The notes below the pieces were generated by a model. The model worked only from the letters and a program-made list of their open reading frames with translations, was not told where the DNA came from and searched no databases. The position numbers and the translations under genes were made by a program. This document shows positions 40,304-50,034 of a stretch of 64,000 nucleotides of DNA, piece by piece; position 1 is the first letter of the stretch; each line of letters begins with the position of its first letter. Source of the DNA: an uncultured bacterium (GTDB taxonomy: Bacteria; Verrucomicrobiota; Verrucomicrobiia; Verrucomicrobiales; DEV007); contig CAXBMO010000005.1 of NCBI GenBank assembly GCA_963977015.1, positions 96,001 to 160,000 on the forward strand. The letters run 5' to 3'.

Positions 40304-41536
40304 TTACTTCTTCTTTGAGAAGACCTTTTTGAAAAGCCCTCGCTTCTGAGAAGACCTCGAGGAAGAAGAGGACTTGGACGATGAGGAGGAGGTTCTTCCT
40401 TTCGAACTCGAAGCAGCGGACCGCGTATGAGAAACCGACACGCGCCGCTCGCGAGGACTGGTCGATTCAATTCGGGCCTCTTTATTGAAGACTTTTCGGA
40501 ACAAGCCATTCTTTTCCCGCCGCTCTGATGAAAGACTCGCGGTGGAGCGAGACGTTGACGAATTGTTGGTGGCGATTGTTGTCCGGATTCTCGCCGTGGT
40601 AGAAGAAGAGTTGCTGCTCTTGCTGGAATTGGTTTTTGCCACCACGGAAGTATTTCCGCGACTAAAGCCCAACGAAGAAGCCAGCGAGGCGGACTTCCGT
40701 TCTGAACCGGACGCAGAAGGAGTCGATTTCGCATTTCTCTCCGCCACGGAAGCTGCGGAAGATTGAAGCTTGGCAAGCAGAGCTGCGGGCGCATTGACAA
40801 TCTCAGGTTTCGGCAACGGGAACAACATTGGCGCTTCCGACTTCTTTGAGTCCGTCGGCTTTGTTGATGGAGACGACTTCGCAATATTCAAGCTGGGCCG
40901 TGGCGTTTTGAGTTTGCCGGGTCGATGGCTGTTGATGAAGCTCGTCGGCTGATGGTAGTTGGCGTAGCTCTTCGGATAAGCCCAAGCTCGAATCCCGATG
41001 TTGATGTTCTTCCGGATCTCCAGGTGCAGATGCGCGACATACATGCCGCGATTGTTGCCAATTGACGCGATTCGCTGCCCACGACGAACGGATTGACCAA
41101 CACTGACCCGCCGGCTGATCACGTGACCGTAGAGAGAATCAACGTATTTCGTTGATCCACCCGAATCCCGGTATTTGTGACGGATGATGACCACTTCCCC
41201 CCAATCGGATCCGTAGTTTTGGGAATACACCACCTTACCGTGCGCTATGGCGAGAACCGGATCGCCGTAGTCGGAGTTTCCGCCGCCGTTTCCATTCCAA
41301 TCGTCCCCCATGTGCTGATAGGGCACCATGCGGCGAGCCGTATAGTAACCGTAAGCGGAACCGCCCCCGACCGGGAAATCAAAACCATCCGCATATCCAG
41401 TCGGCAACGAAGGACTGGTATAGGTTCGCCCAGAAGTCGCCGTTACCTCGAAGTCCTGCGGACGGATTGAATAGAAACCAAGGGCCAACAGGACCGAGAG
41501 AATTGCAAATTTTGATATACCAACGCAGCGTTTCAT
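40304..41536 (-). CDS. M23-family metallopeptidase with a long Ser/Lys/Arg-rich C-terminal tail
   Basis: Signal peptide, HMGDD (HxxxD), SLYGH and AHLHLEIR motifs. Confidence 0.88.
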   Translation of the reverse strand: MKRCVGISKFAILSVLLALGFYSIRPQDFEVTATSGRTYTSPSLPTGYADGFDFPVGGGSAYGYYTARRMVPYQHMGDDWNGNGGGNSDYGDPVLAIAHGKVVYSQNYGSDWGEVVIIRHKYRDSGGSTKYVDSLYGHVISRRVSVGQSVRRGQRIASIGNNRGMYVAHLHLEIRKNINIGIRAWAYPKSYANYHQPTSFINSHRPGKLKTPRPSLNIAKSSPSTKPTDSKKSEAPMLFPLPKPEIVNAPAALLAKLQSSAASVAERNAKSTPSASGSERKSASLASSLGFSRGNTSVVAKTNSSKSSNSSSTTARIRTTIATNNSSTSRSTASLSSERREKNGLFRKVFNKEARIESTSPRERRVSVSHTRSAASSSKGRTSSSSSKSSSSSRSSQKRGLFKKVFSKKK

Positions 41537-41807
41537 AACCTTTATAAGCTAAAGATTTTAAATTTCAGAATTACACGACCTCCTAGAATCTTGAAGATTG
41601 AACCTTTCTAGCGAAACTTTTTAAAATTGAAACTAATTTTTGAGAAAAAATTACAAATTTTATAATTGCGACACCAACAAGGTCTTTCTTGCCAATTTTC
41701 AGGAAGATTCGTTTGCTGGATTGCCGGACAACCTGGCTTTCTCCAGTCTTGATTCCCCAATCCCAAACGTTTAGCCTGCTTTTTAAACCGCCAAAAAACC
41801 CCACCCA

Positions 41808-43475
41808 ATGTCAAAGAACGCCAGTGCCCTCTCCTTCCGAAAAGGAATTGATGAAAACATCTTCGAAAAGATGGTCAAATCGGCAGACGCGACAGGAACG
41901 GCCGAAACCCCGGATCAAGTCCAGGAAATTGCGCGAGCCCATCTTGTCGGTGATGCCATTTCCTTGGGAGCGGTGAGCTTTTATGATTTCCTCAAAAAGG
42001 AGAACGAGGGTAAGAAGGTCTTTTGGTGCAATGGCTCCGCCTGTCTCACTGCCGGAACGCAGGAAAACCTGAAGAGCCAGCTTGGCCAGCATTTCACCAA
42101 GGAGGAAGTCGGTCATATCTGCTGCCTTGGCCGGTGTCATGAAGGGGGCGCGTTTCAATATGAGGGTCGTAACTATTCCGGGCAGACAGAGGGAGATCTG
42201 GACACGCTCTTCAAAACCGGAAGCGGAAATGACGCAGACAACTATCTGGTCGGTTCCAATCTGCCTCAGCCGATCTTGACGGCCGATTTCCCCGGTATTG
42301 ACGCGTTCTACTCTTCCTTCAAAACACTGCTGAACCGGGAGCGGGATGACCTTCTTGAAGAACTCAAAGCTTCCAAGCTTCGGGGAAGGGGCGGCGCGGG
42401 TTTTCCCCTCAGTTTTAAGTGGCAAAGTTGCCGCGAAGCCGAAGCGTCGCCCAAATACATCGTTTGCAATGCCGACGAAGGCGATCCCGGGGCTTACATT
42501 GACAAATATTTGATGGAGCACCGGCCTCACTCGGTCCTTTACGGAATGATGGTCGCGGGGTGGTTCGTCGGAGCCGAGCACGGCGTGCTCTACATTCGGG
42601 CCGAATATCCGGATTCAATCCGAATGGTGACCGAAGCGATCCAGGAACTGAAGGACGCGGGGCTTTTGGGACAGAACATCCAGGGGAGCGGTTTTCACTT
42701 TGATCTGAAGGTCATCAAAGGCGCGGGAGCCTACATCTGCGGCGAAGAAACCGCCTTGCTGGCTTCGCTGGAAGGTCAGCGCCCTGAAGTTCGCGCCCGG
42801 CCTCCGTTCCCCACGGTGGAAGGGCTCTTCCGTAAGCCCACCGTCGTGAACAATGTCGAGACGTTCGCGAACCTGCCGTTCATTGTTGAGCAGGGCGGCG
42901 CGAAATATGCCGAGATCGGGACACCGGATTCCACGGGTCCCAAACTCGTTTCTCTCGATAGCCATTTTCAGAAACCCGGCCTCTACGAGGTCGCCATGGG
43001 CACGCCGCTGCGTGAAGTCGTTGAAGTTCTCGGAGGCGGTTTCAAAGGAAGCATCAAGGCAATTCAGGTCGGAGGCCCGCTCGGCGGAATCGTTCCGATA
43101 TCCAAGATTGGCGAGCTGACGGTCGATTTTGAATCCTTCAAGAAGGGCGGATTTCTTCTCGGGCATGCGGGCGTTGTCTCGATTCCAGAGGATTTCCCGA
43201 TGATCGAGTACATCGAACACATGTTTCAATTCACGGCGGATGAAAGCTGCGGCAAATGCTTTCCCTGTCGGCTCGGGTCGGTTCGGGGGCAGGAGCTCGC
43301 GGCGAAAGCGAGGACGGAGGACTACAAGATCGACCCGGAATTGATGCACGACCTCCTGGATACAATGATGGCCACCAGCCTCTGCGCCTTGGGAGGAGGC
43401 GTTCCGCTTCCGATCAAGAATGCGCTCGAATACTTCAAACCCGAACTGCAGCAGTTTTTCTCAGAAGTGCTCTAA
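41808..43475 (+). CDS. NuoE-NuoF-like fusion flavoprotein (NADH-binding/diaphorase subunit, like the beta subunit of NAD-linked formate dehydrogenase)
   Basis: 2Fe-2S CNGSAC...CCLGRC; LRGRGGAGFP; CNADEGDPG; GAGAYICGEETAL; 4Fe-4S SCGKCFPCRLG...LCALG. Confidence 0.85.
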   Translation: MSKNASALSFRKGIDENIFEKMVKSADATGTAETPDQVQEIARAHLVGDAISLGAVSFYDFLKKENEGKKVFWCNGSACLTAGTQENLKSQLGQHFTKEEVGHICCLGRCHEGGAFQYEGRNYSGQTEGDLDTLFKTGSGNDADNYLVGSNLPQPILTADFPGIDAFYSSFKTLLNRERDDLLEELKASKLRGRGGAGFPLSFKWQSCREAEASPKYIVCNADEGDPGAYIDKYLMEHRPHSVLYGMMVAGWFVGAEHGVLYIRAEYPDSIRMVTEAIQELKDAGLLGQNIQGSGFHFDLKVIKGAGAYICGEETALLASLEGQRPEVRARPPFPTVEGLFRKPTVVNNVETFANLPFIVEQGGAKYAEIGTPDSTGPKLVSLDSHFQKPGLYEVAMGTPLREVVEVLGGGFKGSIKAIQVGGPLGGIVPISKIGELTVDFESFKKGGFLLGHAGVVSIPEDFPMIEYIEHMFQFTADESCGKCFPCRLGSVRGQELAAKARTEDYKIDPELMHDLLDTMMATSLCALGGGVPLPIKNALEYFKPELQQFFSEVL

Positions 43476-43480
43476 CCAGA

Positions 43481-44239
43481 CTAAGATCCGGTCGAGCCCC
43501 CCGGATTGAGCAGGCGACGAACGTCATCAACCGTCATACTGCCATCCAGATCAGCAGGGTTCGTGATATTCACTTCGGCTTTGACGCGCTGAGCCGTGCG
43601 CTGCTCGTAAGAATCGGATCGCTCCATGCTGCGGCGCCCCCGAAAATCGAAACGGCGCCCTTCGTCGCGATTTGCCTCTGTTGCGAAAATCTTGTCCGCC
43701 TCGCGATCGGCATCGGTCTCATACGTCTTGCCTGAGCTGGGAACACTGTCGGCAGCAAACTCCTCCCGCATATTTGAATCCCGGTCCGCCCAGGGAGCCA
43801 CCTTCCGGGAATCTGAAGGGGAATCGCCAGCATCAAAGGAATTACGATTCAACTCGTCGGTGTCGAAATTGCTGACTCCTGCAAACCGCTCCACTTCTGA
43901 ATCATCATCATTGGCAAACCGAGCCAGCGGTCCGGTCCGGATTTTTTTGACGCTGGACTTGGGAAGCTCCATGTCCTCGCCATTGAGATTGAATCTCGTG
44001 GATTTCTTGTCCCGGCGGGACGAGCGCTCTTCCTTTTCGCCGGCTACCACGGCACGTCCGTCCCGAATCTCGAACCCGCTGGCAAATTTATCCTTGAGAC
44101 CATCAACGTCTCCCAACTGCTGCGACCATTGATCCCCAAAGCTCATGCGGCTTTCGGTCTTCAAAACGGTGCGCTGGGTCTCACAACCCGAGAGAAGGGT
44201 GGCGGCAGTGAGCAATGCGAGAAGATAATGAGGGTTCAT
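43481..44239 (-). CDS. Hypothetical lipoprotein
   Basis: MNPHYLLALLTAATLLSGC lipobox; highly charged body. Confidence 0.6.
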   Translation of the reverse strand: MNPHYLLALLTAATLLSGCETQRTVLKTESRMSFGDQWSQQLGDVDGLKDKFASGFEIRDGRAVVAGEKEERSSRRDKKSTRFNLNGEDMELPKSSVKKIRTGPLARFANDDDSEVERFAGVSNFDTDELNRNSFDAGDSPSDSRKVAPWADRDSNMREEFAADSVPSSGKTYETDADREADKIFATEANRDEGRRFDFRGRRSMERSDSYEQRTAQRVKAEVNITNPADLDGSMTVDDVRRLLNPGGSTGS

Positions 44240-44385
44240 TGGCAGGACAATGCCTCCGAATTGGTGATTCGGCGAGACAAAAACAGGACGCGTTGCGGCG
44301 ATTCCAGATTCATTCGATTCCAAAAATCCCCGGTGTTTCTACGCATCTTGCAGCAGTGCTGAGACTGAATTACCAGTTGATCATC

Positions 44386-45081
44386 ATGAATGCCGCTCAG
44401 TTCGTTCGCCAGTCACTCACGATTACCGCCTATCTCGTTGCCGGCGTTTTCGCGATTCTGATCTTGAGCCGCGTCGGCCCCGTCGCCATTCGGCTTTTCC
44501 TCCCCATCGGGCTCATTGCCGTCACCGTGTGGCTCATTTGGAGCGCATTCCGTCCTCAATCGACCCGATTGGAACGCCATCTCGGCAAACGACAATTCGA
44601 GCGCGGGTTCCAACTGGCAATGCGGAACGACGAAGGCCACCTGATCTCGGATTTTCTGGAGAAATCGCTGAATCTTCCCGCGAATCGATTGCGGCCGCGC
44701 GTTCTCGCCGCCTTCAAGGAGCTCCGCGCGCTGCACTCCAGCGCCTATGATCCCGCCAACACCTTTGTTTCCGAAGGACTAAAAAGAGCGATGCAGGAGA
44801 GTTCCGATGAAGCGCGAAAGGCTTTCTGGGGCATCTGTCGAAACCTCGCCGTCGTTGCCGACCAGGGCGTGAAATTCCCGGATGATCATCATAAAATCGA
44901 GCACCTGGCAAACTCGATCGAAGAATTAACCAAGTCCGCCTCTGAAGTTCGACTCAAGCTTGCGGAGCTTTCGCTCGGGGCGACCGATTCGGAAATCGCC
45001 GAGGCCGCTGAATCGATCGAAAACGTCAGACGCCAAAGTGAGGCATTGCTCGAACTCGAGGCCATGTTTGGTAAGGTGTGA
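44386..45081 (+). CDS. Hypothetical protein with two N-terminal TM helices and a helical/coiled-coil C-terminus
   Basis: ATG 44386 (MNAAQF), two hydrophobic stretches, then heptad-like helices. Confidence 0.6.
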   Translation: MNAAQFVRQSLTITAYLVAGVFAILILSRVGPVAIRLFLPIGLIAVTVWLIWSAFRPQSTRLERHLGKRQFERGFQLAMRNDEGHLISDFLEKSLNLPANRLRPRVLAAFKELRALHSSAYDPANTFVSEGLKRAMQESSDEARKAFWGICRNLAVVADQGVKFPDDHHKIEHLANSIEELTKSASEVRLKLAELSLGATDSEIAEAAESIENVRRQSEALLELEAMFGKV

Positions 45082-45148
45082 GGATGGTGACGAGACCAAA
45101 ATCAATTGCCAAGTGGCTTCGCGCTCGGCATGGTGTTCTTGTTAAGTA

Positions 45149-45979
45149 GTGGAAACCGTTCTTCAAAAATCCGTCTTTATCGTTGGGGTCTTCGTGCTCG
45201 CAATTGCGTGTCGATCGTTCGCCCAACCCATGCTCCACAAGCTAGGCTCGCTGCTTCTTCTCGCCGCCAGCTACCTCGCAGCGTTCTTTGTTTTTGAAAG
45301 CCATGTCGCGGGTGTTGCTGCCGTTCTATTCTGGTTTTTCCTCCCCTGGATCGAACTCCTGACACGTGTCCGGCAGATGCGCCTGCCGATGGAGAAGAAG
45401 TTGAGCCGGCGATCGCCACCCTCACGGGAACGTTTTCCCGAGCTGCTCGACTTCACCACGGAAATCGAGGAAGCCGGGTTTGAGCACGTCGCCGATACCG
45501 GCTGGGATTGGGGCGACATGGCGCAGTTCTTCCGCGTGTTCTATCATGATGAGCTGAAGACCCAGGTTGCCCTCTGCCTGAACGAACAGGAAGGAATCGC
45601 CCTGGCCTACATTGCGGTTACTTCCCGCGACTCCGAAAACAAAACGTTCCGCACCTGGACATTTCCATTTTCAGGCCCCATGCGCCCTGCTCCGGGAGTC
45701 ATCTTGAACCAAATTACGGCAACAGAAACTTTTAAAGACCTGCTCAACCAGCATCTGGCTTTTCTCAAAGAGAAGGGAATTGCTCCCTCGGAGTTGGTTA
45801 GCGACGATCCCGAGACGATCGAGGACTTGATGGAAGTGGAGGTGAGGAATCAGATCCGCCACAACCTGAAACGCGGAATCATAGTGGAATCGATTGAGGA
45901 AGGCACCTTCCGCTACTCCTGGCGGGGTCTCTTTTTTCTTTGGACCCAGATCTTGAAGGACATGGTGAAGCTGTCCTAG
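45149..45979 (+). CDS. Hypothetical membrane-anchored protein
   Basis: 276 aa with 2-3 N-terminal TM helices and a soluble C-terminal domain; tightly upstream of deoC. Confidence 0.65.
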   Translation: METVLQKSVFIVGVFVLAIACRSFAQPMLHKLGSLLLLAASYLAAFFVFESHVAGVAAVLFWFFLPWIELLTRVRQMRLPMEKKLSRRSPPSRERFPELLDFTTEIEEAGFEHVADTGWDWGDMAQFFRVFYHDELKTQVALCLNEQEGIALAYIAVTSRDSENKTFRTWTFPFSGPMRPAPGVILNQITATETFKDLLNQHLAFLKEKGIAPSELVSDDPETIEDLMEVEVRNQIRHNLKRGIIVESIEEGTFRYSWRGLFFLWTQILKDMVKLS

Positions 45980-45992
45980 GTTGGGCATCAAC

Positions 45993-46892
45993 ATGTCGAA
46001 TTCCATTCAGCTTTCCAAACGAAGCATCGACGAGGTCGGCGCCAACGAGCGCGCCGCCAAGTTTACGAAACGCAGCATTAAGAACTCCGCCAAATTGCAG
46101 GGGCTCAAGATGGCGGTTTCGATGATGGATCTCACCACGTTGGAGGGACAGGACACTCCCGGCAAACTCGCCTATCTCTGCCAGAAAGCGATCCAGCCCA
46201 TGGAACCCCGCTTCGAAGTTCCCCCTTGTGCTGCGGTTTGCGTCTATCCCAATCTGGTGCGCGAAGCCAAGGCGTTGGTTGGGGACAGCGGCATCAACGT
46301 GGCGTCCGTCGCAACCGGGTTCCCCAGCGGCCAATATCCACACCATCAAAAGCTGGAGGACGTGAAATTTGCCGTTGGCGAAGGCGCGGACGAAATCGAC
46401 ATGGTCATCAGCCGTGGCGAATTTCTTCAGGGACACCTGGATTACGTGGCCAATGAAATCGCAACCGTCAAGGAAGCCTGCGGCACAGCTCACTTAAAGG
46501 TCATCTTTGAGACCGGCGAATTGCAGACCTATGACAACGTTCGCCTCGCAAGCGAATTGGCGATGCAGTCGGGCGCTGATTTCATCAAGACTTCCACCGG
46601 AAAGGTTTCCCCGGCAGCCACGCTTCCCGTGACCCTCATCATGCTGGAAGCGGTTCGTGACCATTTCTTCGCGACCGGCAAGAAGATTGGCGTCAAGCCA
46701 GCCGGCGGCATTCGAACAGCCAAGGAAGCGCTTCAGTATCTCGTCATGGTCAAGGAGACGCTGGGAGATGATTGGCTGACCCCGGATTTATTCCGATTTG
46801 GAGCCAGCTCGCTTCTTGGCGACGTTACCTTGCAGATCGCGAAGCTCGTGGACGGCAACTACCAGAGCGCGGACTACTTCTCGCTTTCCTGA
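45993..46892 (+). CDS. deoC: Deoxyribose-phosphate aldolase
   Basis: MDLTTLEG, AAVCVYP, GADEIDMVISRG, HLKVIFETGEL, ADFIKTSTGK, GVKPAGGIR, FRFGASSLL. Confidence 0.95.
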   Translation: MSNSIQLSKRSIDEVGANERAAKFTKRSIKNSAKLQGLKMAVSMMDLTTLEGQDTPGKLAYLCQKAIQPMEPRFEVPPCAAVCVYPNLVREAKALVGDSGINVASVATGFPSGQYPHHQKLEDVKFAVGEGADEIDMVISRGEFLQGHLDYVANEIATVKEACGTAHLKVIFETGELQTYDNVRLASELAMQSGADFIKTSTGKVSPAATLPVTLIMLEAVRDHFFATGKKIGVKPAGGIRTAKEALQYLVMVKETLGDDWLTPDLFRFGASSLLGDVTLQIAKLVDGNYQSADYFSLS

Positions 46893-47057
46893 TCTAGTCC
46901 GGGGCCACCTGAGTCGCAAATCCTGGACCAACCTCCCCTTTTTCCCGGATTCGCCCCATCATTCCAGCCTTTGAGCCACTATTCGCAAAAATGGTTTTTA
47001 TATTTTGCATAATTTCCATATTTGAGATAGCCTTGATCATTGCTTACCCCAGAAGTC

Positions 47058-47447
47058 ATGAACAAGACCCTCCTGCTCACCATTACCGCACTCTTTTGCT
47101 ACATTGTGCTTCGCCCGGGAGCCGATTCCGACGCTGCTCCTGAATTCAATCACGGAACGTTCCAAACTGCGATTTCGTCCGGGAAACCCGTGGTTGTCGA
47201 CTTTCGCGCAAAGTGGTATCGCGGAAGCAATCAGCTGGCCCCGACGATCGATCAATTGGCTCAGGAAAGTGACGAAATTTACCTCGTCGGCCAACTGGAT
47301 GTTGAACGCCACAAGGATCTCATCCGCGAATACAAGGTCCGCAAGTATCCGACGGTGTTGATTTTCAAAGATGGCAAGGTCGTGGACGAACTCGACTACA
47401 GTCTGAGCGTCCGCGAAATGCAGAATCAGATTTTTCAGTATCTCTAG
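47058..47447 (+). CDS. Secreted thioredoxin-fold protein lacking the CxxC active site
   Basis: KPVVVDFRAKW-YRGS-NQLAP...YPTVLIFKDGKVV: thioredoxin fold with WCxxC replaced by WYRGS; N-terminal signal/TM. Confidence 0.7.
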   Translation: MNKTLLLTITALFCYIVLRPGADSDAAPEFNHGTFQTAISSGKPVVVDFRAKWYRGSNQLAPTIDQLAQESDEIYLVGQLDVERHKDLIREYKVRKYPTVLIFKDGKVVDELDYSLSVREMQNQIFQYL

Positions 47448-47472
47448 GAGATCGTTTCGAAATCCTTTCGAC

Positions 47473-47505
47473 AAAAAAGCCCGGAGTTCGCGAGAACCCC
47501 GGGCT
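47473..47505 (-). terminator. Rho-independent terminator of glnII
   Basis: Stem AGCCCGG-A-GTTC / GCGA / GAAC-C-CCGGGCT preceded on + by A6 (U6 on the minus strand), 36 nt after the glnII stop. Confidence 0.75.
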
Positions 47506-47541
47506 GAATTGTTTTCAATCCTTGAATTCGGAGAAACCGAA

Positions 47542-48537
47542 CTAGGAATTGACGGTCTTCAGAATCCGGGCAGCAACCTGATAAGGATCTGCATTGGAGG
47601 CTGGTCGACGATCTTCAAGGTAGCCCTTGTATCCGTTGTTGGCCGTGCCAATCGGAATCCGGATCGATGCACCACGGTCGGAAACGCCGTAGCTGAATTT
47701 GTCGATCGACTGGGTCTCGTGCAGACCAGTCAAACGCATGTCATTGCAGGAACCGTAAACTGCGATGTGCTCTTCATGAACCTTGGCAAACTTGTCGCAG
47801 ATTCCTTCGATGAGCTCTTTGCCGCCTTTTTCGCGAATGTCGGTGTTCGAAAAGTTGGTGTGCATTCCGGAACCATTCCAATCACCGGTGACCGGCTTCG
47901 GATGGAAATCGACTTCAACACCAAACTGCTCGGCAGTGCGGACGAGGATGTAGCGAGCCAACCAAGCTGCATCACAAGCCTCTTTGGCGCCTTTTCCAAA
48001 GATTTGATATTCCCACTGTCCCATCATCACCTCGGCGTTGATGCCAGTGACTTCGAGGCCGGCGGAAAGTTGAGCGTCGAGAGCTTCCTCAACGATTTCG
48101 CGGCCTTTGGCGACAGCAGAACCAGCTGAGCAGTAGTAGAGCCCCTGGGGAGCTGGATATCCGCCCTGAGGGAAACCAAGAGGAGCACCGCCCTCCATGA
48201 AGGTGTATTCCTGCTCAAATCCAAACCACATGTCCGTGTCGTCCTCAAAGGATCCGCGGAAGTTGGAGGGATGAACGCTGCCATCTGCAGCCAAAACTTC
48301 ACAAAGAACCAATGCTGCATCCTTGCGCTGGGAATCCGGAACGATTTTGACAGGCTTCAGCAAACAGTCCGATGAACTTCCTTCAGCTTGTTCCGTCGAA
48401 CTTCCATCGAAAGACCAGTCGGGAACCTGATCGAGCGAAGGGAACCCATCGCTATCGATGATCTTGGTTTTGCTGCGCATGTTTGGCTCGGGCTTGTAGC
48501 CGTCCAGCCAAATGTATTCTAGCTTATACTTAGCCAT
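47542..48537 (-). CDS. glnII: Glutamine synthetase type II
   Basis: KLEYIWLDG, WSFDGSSTEQA, WFGFEQEY, GINAEVMMGQWEYQ, RLTGLHET, DRGASIRIP, YLEDRRPASN; 331 aa. Confidence 0.93.
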   Translation of the reverse strand: MAKYKLEYIWLDGYKPEPNMRSKTKIIDSDGFPSLDQVPDWSFDGSSTEQAEGSSSDCLLKPVKIVPDSQRKDAALVLCEVLAADGSVHPSNFRGSFEDDTDMWFGFEQEYTFMEGGAPLGFPQGGYPAPQGLYYCSAGSAVAKGREIVEEALDAQLSAGLEVTGINAEVMMGQWEYQIFGKGAKEACDAAWLARYILVRTAEQFGVEVDFHPKPVTGDWNGSGMHTNFSNTDIREKGGKELIEGICDKFAKVHEEHIAVYGSCNDMRLTGLHETQSIDKFSYGVSDRGASIRIPIGTANNGYKGYLEDRRPASNADPYQVAARILKTVNS

Positions 48538-48642
48538 TTCTTCGTATGTTGTGGTTGTTTTTCCGTGTGTTAGAGGTTCAAGATCCGGGAGGGGCACGGT
48601 CCCGCAGATTCACAAAATCCGGGTTGAATCATCACGGGCAAT

Positions 48643-48660
48643 TAGCAGCACGCGTCCCAA
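48643..48660 (-). promoter_or_regulatory. Candidate sigma54 (-24/-12) promoter of glnII
   Basis: Minus strand reads TT-GG-GACGCGTGCT-GC-TA: GG-N10-GC spacing, two mismatches to YTGGCACG-N4-TTGCW. Confidence 0.5.
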
Positions 48661-48754
48661 CTTCAAGTAAAAAGCATCCCAAGACTCTTGTCACTAGCAA
48701 AACCAAAGTGAATTTGTTAGGTTTTGAACAGAATTGTCAACTTCCAACCACTTC

Positions 48755-49369
48755 TTACGGGACGTTCTGAAACCGGTTTTTCAGGTTCAGATGGCCCAGT
48801 TCTTCCGCCTTGGTCGCGAGATACGCCTCGTTAAACTCGTTTGGTGGAGTCAGGGAAGGCACGACTTCATTCACCTCCAGACCGTAACGCTTCATGGAAT
48901 CCACTTTGCGAGGGTTGTTCGTGTTCAAGTTGATTCGGTGAACCCCAAACTCTCTCAAAATGAGAGCGGCCAAACTGAAATCCCGCAGGTCAGCCGGAAA
49001 CCCAAGAATGTGGTTCGCCTCAACTGTATTTGCTCCTTTGGCCTGCTCTGCGTAAGCGCGAATCTTATTGCCGAGACCGATCCCCCTCCCCTCCTGGCGA
49101 AGATAAACCACGATGCCCCGCTTCGTCTCGCCAATGCGTTGAAGGGCCAGATCCAGCTGTTGCTGGCAATCGCATTTGAGGGAGCCGAGCACCTCACCGG
49201 TAAAACATTCCGAATGAATCCGAACAAAAACCGCCTCCTCCTCGCTGAAATCTTCGCCCATGCTGATGGCGAGTGACTCGCTTTCGTCTTGATCATTCCG
49301 AAACACGCGGACATCAAAAGTCCCACGATGGGTTGGGAGTTGGCAGTTCGAATATTCCTGGATTTGCAT
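48755..49369 (-). CDS. ribA: GTP cyclohydrolase II
   Basis: VRIHSECFTGEVLGSLKCDC, YLRQEGRGIGLGNKIRAY, NNPRK, YLATK...LGH. Confidence 0.95.
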   Translation of the reverse strand: MQIQEYSNCQLPTHRGTFDVRVFRNDQDESESLAISMGEDFSEEEAVFVRIHSECFTGEVLGSLKCDCQQQLDLALQRIGETKRGIVVYLRQEGRGIGLGNKIRAYAEQAKGANTVEANHILGFPADLRDFSLAALILREFGVHRINLNTNNPRKVDSMKRYGLEVNEVVPSLTPPNEFNEAYLATKAEELGHLNLKNRFQNVP

Positions 49370-49437
49370 CAAATCGGTTTGTTACTATACACAAATCCCA
49401 GTAGGGGGGATGCAAAAATCCAAACACACACCCAATC

Positions 49438-49956
49438 ATGACTGAAAATCGTTGGAAATGGGGCGTCCGCTGGCTCATTGCGGCAATTCTGGTCGGATGC
49501 GTGGTTTACCTGTCCAAACAAAGTCCCTATGGCTTTCTGCTCGGTCTGCCCCTGTTGATCGTCGTTGCGATTCTCATCATGCCGGAAATCCTCAAGCCAA
49601 TCAGTTGGATGGTGGATTCCCTCTTTGGAACCGGAGTCGTTTTTGGCGAACGCCCTCCTTTGGATCTCCGGCTGGCGCAACACTATGTGAAGGAGGAACG
49701 TTGGGATGATGCGATCGAGGAATACGCCCGGGTTCGCGGGTATTATCCCGCCATTCCCGATGTCTACACGGAACCGATGATCCTGCTCGCGAAGCTGGGA
49801 GCGGAGAAGGAGGAGATCGAAGAATTGTTTGCCAAGGGGCAGCACAAAATCACGGATCAGGAAGCCAAAGCAGACCTGAAACGAGCCTATGAATCCGCCC
49901 TGGAAGAACTCGGCCACCAACGCGCCGGAAACGATTCGCTCCCGATCAGTTCCTAG
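49438..49956 (+). CDS. Hypothetical membrane protein with a C-terminal TPR-like helical domain
   Basis: Two TM helices, then LRLAQHYVKEERWDDAIEEY...YP. Confidence 0.6.
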   Translation: MTENRWKWGVRWLIAAILVGCVVYLSKQSPYGFLLGLPLLIVVAILIMPEILKPISWMVDSLFGTGVVFGERPPLDLRLAQHYVKEERWDDAIEEYARVRGYYPAIPDVYTEPMILLAKLGAEKEEIEELFAKGQHKITDQEAKADLKRAYESALEELGHQRAGNDSLPISS

Positions 49957-50034
49957 TTCGAATCCGGCCCCGACGCGTCAGGTCCGTTTCCCTCGATATT
50001 GTGCGGCCCCAGAATCTCGCCGTTGCGGAGAGGA

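Noticed and set aside
40264-40884. N-terminal 207 aa of the 39886..40884 ORF
   Set aside because: This is an alternative-frame overlap with the M23 tail; the VOC domain starts at ATG 40263.
41639-41657. Second Rex-like site upstream of the NuoEF fusion (TTTGAGAAAAAATTACAAA)
   Set aside because: Wrong spacing and several mismatches within a generally AT-rich region.
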